From assembly GCA_964456505.1 (NCBI GenBank), contig CAYWAH010000002.1, forward strand, positions 7-64,006: a DNA stretch of 64,000 nucleotides, in the 5' to 3' direction. The notes below the pieces were generated by a model, which was given only the letters and a program-made list of their open reading frames with translations, was not told where the DNA came from and did no database searches. The position numbers and the translations under genes are program-made. This document shows positions 57,788 to 64,000 of this stretch, piece after piece. The DNA is from an uncultured Clostridium sp. GTDB lineage: Bacteria; Bacillota; Clostridia; TANB77; CAG-508. Numbering within the stretch: position 1 is the first letter of the stretch; the number at the start of each line of letters is the position of its first letter.

Positions 57788-59170
57788 ATGGCTTTTGAAG
57801 GCTTATCAGAAAAATTACAAGCATTCACAAGGAAACTTAGTGGAAAAGCAAGAATAACTGAATCAGATTTAAATGATATGTTAAGGGAAGTTAAACTTGC
57901 TTTGCTTGAAGCAGATGTTAATTACAAAGTCGTAAAAGAATTTGTAGCAAACATTCATGATAAGGCTTTGGGAGCAGATGTATTGAAATCATTAACACCA
58001 GGTCAACAAGTTATTAAAATCGTAAAAGATGAACTTGTTGAACTACTTGGTGGAACAGATTCAAAAATTGCATTCAGTCCAAATCCTCCAACAGTAATAA
58101 TGATGATTGGCCTTCAAGGTAGTGGTAAAACTACAACTGCTGGAAAACTTGCAAATTTGCTTAGAAAACAAGGCAAAAAACCATTGCTTGTTGCATGTGA
58201 TATTTACAGACCAGCTGCTATTGATCAGCTAGAAACAATTGGAAAAGAATTAAACATTCCAGTTTATTCAAATAGAAATGAAAAAAATGTTGTAAAAATA
58301 GCCACACAGTCAAAAGAAGTTGCAATAAGCAAACTTTGCGATACTATTATTCTAGATACAGCAGGACGTCTTCAAATAGATGAAGCTTTGATGCAAGAAT
58401 TAAAAGAAATAAAAAAATATGCAAAGCCACATGAAATACTTTTAGTAGTTGATGCTATGACAGGTCAAGAGGCTGTAAATGTTGCAGGAAAGTTTAACGA
58501 AGATTTAGGAATTGATGGAATTGTTCTTACAAAACTTGATGGCGATGCACGTGGTGGTGCAGCATTATCAGTTAAAAAAGTTACAGGTAAACCTATTAAA
58601 TTTATAGGAACAGGCGAAAAACTTAATGAAATAGAAGAATTTCATCCAGATAGAATGGCTTCAAGAATTCTTGGAATGGGCGATGTTCTTTCACTAATAG
58701 AACAAGCCGAAGAAAAATATGATGTAGAAGAAGCAGAAAAACTTGCTAAAAAATTAAGCAAAAATAAAGGCTTTGATTTGAACGACTATTTAGCACAATT
58801 AAAGCAAGTAAAGAAAATGGGTTCTTTCTCATCACTATTAAAAATGATTCCAGGAATGAGTAAATATAATGTCAAAGTTGATGACAAAGAATTTGATAAA
58901 ATCGAAGCAATGATTTCTTCAATGACAAACGAAGAAAGAACAAATCCTAAAGTACTTAATGGTCAAAGAAGACTAAGAATCGCAAAAGGAAGCGGTACTC
59001 AAGTACAAGATATAAATAAATTCATGAAAACTTTTGAAATGACACAAGACATGATGAAAAAAGTTAAATCAGGAAATCTTGATCCAAGAATGAAGAAAAT
59101 GATGAAAAGCATGAATTTAGATCAAATGTCTGAAGAGGACTTAAAGAAATTGGAAGACAAATTAAAGTAG
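57788..59170 (+). CDS. ffh: Signal recognition particle protein Ffh
   Basis: MAFEGLSEKLQ start, GLQGSGKTTT, DTAGR, and the Met-rich M domain. Confidence 0.95.
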   Translation: MAFEGLSEKLQAFTRKLSGKARITESDLNDMLREVKLALLEADVNYKVVKEFVANIHDKALGADVLKSLTPGQQVIKIVKDELVELLGGTDSKIAFSPNPPTVIMMIGLQGSGKTTTAGKLANLLRKQGKKPLLVACDIYRPAAIDQLETIGKELNIPVYSNRNEKNVVKIATQSKEVAISKLCDTIILDTAGRLQIDEALMQELKEIKKYAKPHEILLVVDAMTGQEAVNVAGKFNEDLGIDGIVLTKLDGDARGGAALSVKKVTGKPIKFIGTGEKLNEIEEFHPDRMASRILGMGDVLSLIEQAEEKYDVEEAEKLAKKLSKNKGFDLNDYLAQLKQVKKMGSFSSLLKMIPGMSKYNVKVDDKEFDKIEAMISSMTNEERTNPKVLNGQRRLRIAKGSGTQVQDINKFMKTFEMTQDMMKKVKSGNLDPRMKKMMKSMNLDQMSEEDLKKLEDKLK

Positions 59171-59190
59171 TTATAATGAACTATTAAGTA

Positions 59191-59250
59191 GATTTTCATA
59201 TATTGGTTTTATTGATCCTGCAAGGGGCATAAAATCAATATATGAAAATC
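59191..59250 (+). other. Long imperfect hairpin in the ffh-rpsP spacer
   Basis: gattttcatatattggttttat (59191-59212) pairs with ataaaatcaatatatgaaaatc (59229-59250): 22 bp with one mismatch and a 16-nt G/C-containing loop. Confidence 0.6.
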
Positions 59251-59297
59251 GAAACATATAGTCTTATATATATAAATTTTTAGAGGAGGCGAAAAGC

Positions 59298-59537
59298 ATG
59301 GTAAAAATCAGATTAAGAAGAGTTGGAGCAAAAAAAGCACCTTTTTACCACATTGTAGTTGCTGATTCAAGAAAATCTAGAAATGGAAAAATCATTGAAC
59401 AAATTGGAACATTTGATCCAATGACAACTCCTGAAAAAATAGATCTAGATACTGAAAAAGTAGAACAATGGATTAAAAACGGAGCACAACCAACAGACAC
59501 AGTTAAAGCTTTAATAGATAAAGCAAAGAAAAATTAA
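59298..59537 (+). CDS. rpsP: 30S ribosomal protein S16
   Basis: [25 protein letters not shown]. Confidence 0.95.
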   Translation: MVKIRLRRVGAKKAPFYHIVVADSRKSRNGKIIEQIGTFDPMTTPEKIDLDTEKVEQWIKNGAQPTDTVKALIDKAKKN

Positions 59538-59547
59538 GGAGTATATT

Positions 59548-59778
59548 ATGGATGATATATTAAAATTAATTATTGAAAGTCTTGTTGAAAACAAAGATGC
59601 AATATCAATTGAAAAAGAAGAAAACGATTACAAAATTACTTACAAAGTAAAGGTTGATAACTCTGAAATGGGAAAAGTAATTGGTAAAAATGGCAGAATA
59701 GCTACTGCTGTTAAAACACTTATGCAATCAGTTGGAGCAAAAGATCATAAAAAAGTATTTGTAGAATTTATTGATTAG
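59548..59778 (+). CDS. KH-domain RNA-binding protein (YlqC family)
   Basis: GKVIGKNGRIATAVKTLM, located between rpsP and rimM. Confidence 0.85.
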   Translation: MDDILKLIIESLVENKDAISIEKEENDYKITYKVKVDNSEMGKVIGKNGRIATAVKTLMQSVGAKDHKKVFVEFID

Positions 59779-59790
59779 TAGGAGTATTCT

Positions 59791-60252
59791 ATGATAGAAG
59801 TTGGTAAATTTGTAAATACTTTTGGAATCAAAGGCGAAATAAAAGTTTATCCATATGTTAGTTATTTTGAAGATTTAAAGTCATTCAATTTAAATAACAA
59901 AAAAATGGAGATTGAAAAAATCAGATTCAAGAAAAATGTTTATATAGTAAAAATCAAAGGAATTGATGATATCAATGAAATTGAAAATTTAAAAGGTAGC
60001 ACATTGACTATTGATGAAGATGAAAAGCCAAAGCATTCTAATAATGAATACTATATTGAAGATATTATCGGATTTGATGTATTTGATGATAAAGGTAACA
60101 AGTTAGGAAAATTAGATGATGTTTTCAATACGGGTGCTAATGACATATATGAAGTTGGAGATATTTTATTACCTGCAATTGATGATGTTATAAAAGAAGT
60201 TGATCTTGATAATAAAAAAATAATTGTTCATTTAATAAAAGGACTAATATAA
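59791..60252 (+). CDS. rimM: 16S rRNA processing protein RimM
   Basis: VGKFVNTFGIKGEIKV...YYIEDIIG...ILLPAI, and conserved operon position. Confidence 0.9.
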   Translation: MIEVGKFVNTFGIKGEIKVYPYVSYFEDLKSFNLNNKKMEIEKIRFKKNVYIVKIKGIDDINEIENLKGSTLTIDEDEKPKHSNNEYYIEDIIGFDVFDDKGNKLGKLDDVFNTGANDIYEVGDILLPAIDDVIKEVDLDNKKIIVHLIKGLI

Positions 60253-60346
60253 AATCTAATTTAATTAAATATATTTGAATTGTATATTTATAAAAAATTG
60301 ATTTAAGAAGATTGAATTAAAGGATTAATTTGAAAGGTTTGATTAA

Positions 60347-61027
60347 ATGAAATTTGATATTTTAACACTCTTCCCAGAAATGTTTACACCTTTAAAGGAA
60401 AGCATAATTGGAAGAGCAACAGAAAATAAATTTTTAGATATTAATTTAATCAATATAAGAGATTTCTCAAAGGACAAGCAAAAACATGTAGATGATACAC
60501 CTTATGGCGGAGGAGCCGGAATGGTTATAAAACCTGATGTTGTATATGATGCATATAATTCTATAGAAGATAAAGAAAATGCAAAAGTGATTTACTTGTC
60601 GCCAAAGGGAAAAACTCTTAACCAAAAAATGGTAACAGATTTATCCAAAGAAAAACATTTAATTTTATTATGTGGACATTATGAGGGAATTGATCAAAGG
60701 GTATTAGACAAAATTGTTGATGAAGAAATTTCAATAGGAGATTATGTTCTAACAGGTGGAGAGTTACCAGCAATGGTACTTATAGATAGTGTTTCAAGAT
60801 ATGTTGAAGGAGTTTTAAGTAATGATTCAACTAAAGAAGAAACATTTTCAAATGATTTGTTAGAATACCCACAATATACTAGACCAGTTGAATTTCAAGG
60901 TGAAAAAGTTCCAGAAATTTTACTTTCAGGAAATCATCAGGAAATTGAAAAGTGGAGAAAAGAAAAATCTTTAGAGGAAACTTTAAAGAAAAGACCAGAT
61001 TTGATTTCTGGCAAGAAACAAGAATAA
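60347..61027 (+). CDS. trmD: tRNA (guanine37-N1)-methyltransferase
   Basis: MKFDILTLFPEMF...DDTPYGGGAGMV...CGHYEGIDQRV. Confidence 0.95.
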   Translation: MKFDILTLFPEMFTPLKESIIGRATENKFLDINLINIRDFSKDKQKHVDDTPYGGGAGMVIKPDVVYDAYNSIEDKENAKVIYLSPKGKTLNQKMVTDLSKEKHLILLCGHYEGIDQRVLDKIVDEEISIGDYVLTGGELPAMVLIDSVSRYVEGVLSNDSTKEETFSNDLLEYPQYTRPVEFQGEKVPEILLSGNHQEIEKWRKEKSLEETLKKRPDLISGKKQE

Positions 61028-61150
61028 TAAATCCAAAATTATTCGTTTAGTAATTTAAAGAATAGTTTAAAATTTATTCATTTAGAAAATGATGTTATTT
61101 TAAATTTATTCAAAAAATATTTTAAAATTTAAAGAAAGGAAAATAAAATC

Positions 61151-61708
61151 ATGGATATAATAAAATCAATTGAACATGAACAATTGAAGAGTACAATTCC
61201 TGATATTAAAATTGGTGATACAGTAAGAGTTCATCAAAGAATTAAAGAAGGAAAAAGAGAAAGAATTCAAGTGTTCGAAGGAATTGTTATTAAAAAACAA
61301 AATGGTGGATTAAATGAAACATTCACAGTTAGAAAAATTTCTTATGGAGTAGGAGTTGAAAAAACATTTTTAGTTCATTCTCCATTAGTAGAAAAAGTTG
61401 AGTTAGTTAGAGTTGGAAAGGTTAGAAGAGCAAAATTATACTATCTAAGAGATAGAGTAGGTAAAGCTTCTAAGACAAAGGAAGATATCGGAGCTAACTT
61501 AAAGAGAGAAGATCTTGTTATTAAGGAAGAAGTTCCAGAAGTACCTGCTGAAGATACAACAGCTACAACAGAAGCACCAGTAGCAGAAGCAACTGAAACA
61601 ACAGAGGCTCCAGTAGCAGAAGCAACTACTGAAACAGCTGAAGTAAAAGAAGAAGCTACAGAAGCAAAAGCAGAAGAAGCTGATACAACTTCAGAAGAAA
61701 ACAAATAA
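61151..61708 (+). CDS. rplS: 50S ribosomal protein L19 with a ~70-aa acidic Thr/Glu/Ala-rich C-terminal extension
   Basis: The L19 core ([23 protein letters not shown]...RRAKLYYLR) is followed by a tail containing the tandem unit TEAPVAEAT. Confidence 0.95.
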   Translation: MDIIKSIEHEQLKSTIPDIKIGDTVRVHQRIKEGKRERIQVFEGIVIKKQNGGLNETFTVRKISYGVGVEKTFLVHSPLVEKVELVRVGKVRRAKLYYLRDRVGKASKTKEDIGANLKREDLVIKEEVPEVPAEDTTATTEAPVAEATETTEAPVAEATTETAEVKEEATEAKAEEADTTSEENK

Positions 61709-61906
61709 TTTTATTTTTGAATTATTGAAAATAGATTTATGCATATTTAAGCTATAAGTCTATTCAAATAATAAATAGATTTTTATTTTGAAAGCATATG
61801 CTTATAAAAAATAAAAATAGATTTATAGTTAAAACTATAAAATTTTAATTAATATATTTTAGTTTACTTGACTAATTAAATTTAGTTAAATATGGAAAGG
61901 AAACAG

Positions 61907-63343
61907 ATGAAACAGTTAAGAAAAACAAAAATAATTGGTACAATAGGACCAGCAAGTGAAAGCGAAGAAATGCTTACAAAATTAATGAAAGCAGGATTAA
62001 ATGTATGCAGAATTAATTTCTCACATGGTGGATATGAAGATAATGCTACAAAAATTGAAACAATAAAAAAGTGCAGAGATGAATTAGGATTACCTATTTC
62101 ACTTTGCCTTGATACAAAGGGACCAGAAATTAGAACTGGAAAAATGGAATCAGGAGATCAAAAAATTGTTATTAATGAAGGTCAAGAATTTACATTTGTT
62201 AATGAAGATATAATTGGTGATAACACAAAAACTAGTGTATCATACAAAAATCTTTACAATGATGTTAAACCTGGAACAATAATTTTAGTTGATGATGGTG
62301 CAATCGAATTCGAAGTTAAAGAAATTAAAGACAAAGATATAGTTTGCACTGCAAAAAATACTGGAAGATTAGGCCAAAGAAAGACTATGAACGTTCCAGA
62401 TGCAAAACTTGAGTTACCAGCATTATCTGAAAAAGATATTGATGATATTACAAAAGGAATTAAAGCAGGATTTGATTATATATTTGCTTCTTTTGTAAGA
62501 AGAGCTGATGATGTTAATCAAATTAGAAAATTACTAGATGATAATGGCGGCTCTCGTGTTGGAATTATTTCAAAAATAGAGAGTAAAGAAGGAATTGATA
62601 ACTTTGATGAAATCCTTGAATTATCAGATGGTATCATGGTTGCTCGTGGAGACATGGGTGTTGAAATACCAATGGAACAAGTTCCTATCGTTCAAAAGAA
62701 AATAATTAAAAAATGTAACGAAGCAGGAAAAATTGTTATCACAGCTACTCAAATGATGGAATCAATGACTGAAAATCCACGTCCTACAAGAGCTGAAGTT
62801 TCAGATGTTGCAAATGCTGTATATGATTTAACTGGATGCATTATGCTTTCAGGAGAATGCGCAATGGGTAAATTCCCAGTTGAGTGCGTTGAAGATATGG
62901 TTAAAATTTCTACAACAATTGAAAGTGACTTAAAATATTGGAAGAGATTTGAATCAAAGGGTAATTTACATTATGATTCATTAAAAGGAAAAATTGCATA
63001 TTCTGCATGTGATACTGCAAAAGATATCAAAGCAGATGCAGTTGTGGCTTATACACATTCAGGAGTTACTGCAAGTTATCTTTCAAGTTGCAGACCTAAA
63101 TGCCCAATTATTGCAATTACTGATGACAAGAAAACATATTATAAATTAGGCTTAGTACAAAATGTTTATGCAATTTATGAAGAACCACAAGCAAGAATTG
63201 ATGATACAATTGGAAAGGGAATTCTTGAACTTGAACAAAAAGGAATCCTTGAAAAAGGCGATAAAATTGTAATTGCTGGTGGAGATAAGATTTTACCTCT
63301 TGAAAAACAAAGTGCTACATTAGGTGGAATTATGATTATATAA
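61907..63343 (+). CDS. pyk: Pyruvate kinase
   Basis: KTKIIGTIGPAS...NFSHG...DTKGPEIRTG...MVARGDMGVE. Confidence 0.9.
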   Translation: MKQLRKTKIIGTIGPASESEEMLTKLMKAGLNVCRINFSHGGYEDNATKIETIKKCRDELGLPISLCLDTKGPEIRTGKMESGDQKIVINEGQEFTFVNEDIIGDNTKTSVSYKNLYNDVKPGTIILVDDGAIEFEVKEIKDKDIVCTAKNTGRLGQRKTMNVPDAKLELPALSEKDIDDITKGIKAGFDYIFASFVRRADDVNQIRKLLDDNGGSRVGIISKIESKEGIDNFDEILELSDGIMVARGDMGVEIPMEQVPIVQKKIIKKCNEAGKIVITATQMMESMTENPRPTRAEVSDVANAVYDLTGCIMLSGECAMGKFPVECVEDMVKISTTIESDLKYWKRFESKGNLHYDSLKGKIAYSACDTAKDIKADAVVAYTHSGVTASYLSSCRPKCPIIAITDDKKTYYKLGLVQNVYAIYEEPQARIDDTIGKGILELEQKGILEKGDKIVIAGGDKILPLEKQSATLGGIMII

Positions 63344-63353
63344 TTTTTTAAAT

Positions 63354-63425
63354 GTATTTCATGAAGAATTTCATTTGCAAAGTTGAATTTGCATATGGAA
63401 TTCTTTGTGAAATACAAATTTTTAA
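63354..63425 (+). terminator. Probable terminator hairpin after pyk
   Basis: gtatttcatgaagaatt (63354-63370) pairs with aattctttgtgaaatac (63399-63415), 15 of 17 positions, followed by aaattttt. Confidence 0.45.
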
Positions 63426-63449
63426 AATGGAAGAAAAGAGGAAAATAAC

Positions 63450-64000
63450 ATGGTAAATGATATGGAAACAATCGTTAATCTATGCAAAAGTAGAGGATTT
63501 ATTTACCCAGGCTCTGAAATTTATGGCGGTTTAGCAAACACTTGGGACTATGGCCCAATTGGTGTTGAACTAAAAAACAACATAAAAAATATTTGGAGAA
63601 AAAAGTTCATACAAGAAAGAAAAGACATTGTAGGACTTGATGCTGCAATATTAATGAACCCAGAAACATGGGTCGCATCTGGACATTTATCAAGCTTTTC
63701 AGATCCTTTAATAGATTGCAAAAATTGCAAAACAAGACATAGAGCAGATAAATTAATAGAAGCCTATGCACATGATAAAGGCGAAGATTTAGTAGCAGAT
63801 GGTTGGTCAGATGAAAAACTTGTAAATTACATAAAAGAAAATAAAATACCTTGCCCAAATTGTGGAAAATGTGATTTTACAGATATTAGAAAATTCAATC
63901 TTATGTTCAAAACATTTCAAGGTGTTACAGAAGATACAACTTCTACAATTTATCTAAGACCAGAAACAGCACAAGGAATTTTTGTTGATTTCAAAAATGT
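63450..64000 (+). CDS. glyQS: Glycine--tRNA ligase (GlyQS type), 5' part, runs off the window end
   Basis: Hand translation gives [44 protein letters not shown]... It is absent from the ORF track because there is no stop in the window. SD aaagagga lies 7 nt upstream. Confidence 0.9.
   Translation, partial: MVNDMETIVNLCKSRGFIYPGSEIYGGLANTWDYGPIGVELKNNIKNIWRKKFIQERKDIVGLDAAILMNPETWVASGHLSSFSDPLIDCKNCKTRHRADKLIEAYAHDKGEDLVADGWSDEKLVNYIKENKIPCPNCGKCDFTDIRKFNLMFKTFQGVTEDTTSTIYLRPETAQGIFVDFKN

Noticed and set aside
1-64000. Searched for CRISPR arrays, tRNA or rRNA genes, integrases or IS elements, and defence-system gene clusters
   Set aside because: I saw no regularly spaced direct repeats, no tRNA-like GGTTCGAATCC arms, no rRNA-like GC-rich stretches, and no recombinase or defence-type multi-gene cassette other than the single Rpn-family gene.

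Overview
This is a very AT-rich chromosomal segment from an endospore-forming Firmicute that looks Clostridia-like. The sporulation genes present are spoIIID, spoVAC/AD/AE, spoVS, dpaB, a SipL/SpoVID-like LysM protein and veg. Almost all of the window is core housekeeping, mostly on the + strand. It carries a metal ABC transporter, a class B PBP, ruvA-rarA, asnB, ftsEX with two M23 peptidases and ctpA, polA, rplU/rpmA, rny, prfB and mnmA. It also carries ymdB-spoVS, recA-recX, scpA, rpmB, rpe, murI, nth, tyrS, the ylxM-ffh-rpsP-KH-rimM-trmD-rplS cluster, pyk and the 5' part of glyQS. I saw no rRNA, tRNA, CRISPR array, intact IS element or prophage, and I cannot point to a clear multi-gene novel system. 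The observations most worth a second look are these. (1) A ~150-nt element of ~50% GC with several helices lies just upstream of tyrS, and I cannot assign it to any RNA family; it has no canonical T-box core. (2) Three Cys/Asn-rich single-TM mini-protein genes are present, two of them below the ORF-track cutoff and hidden under a spurious antisense ORF. Each has a sigma-K-like promoter match of the same architecture as the one in front of dpaB. (3) A cluster of DnaA boxes sits in a 690-bp non-coding gap. (4) rplU and rpmA have no prp/ysxB gene between them, L27 lacks the Firmicute propeptide, and both L27 and L19 carry low-complexity C-terminal tails. (5) ruvA is translationally coupled to rarA rather than ruvB. 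(6) dpaB has no adjacent dpaA. (7) A small accessory islet contains an Rpn-family nuclease. (8) A surface-protein gene at the window start has its signal peptide out of frame with its body. All calls rest on reading the translations and sequence by eye; no database search or folding program was run.
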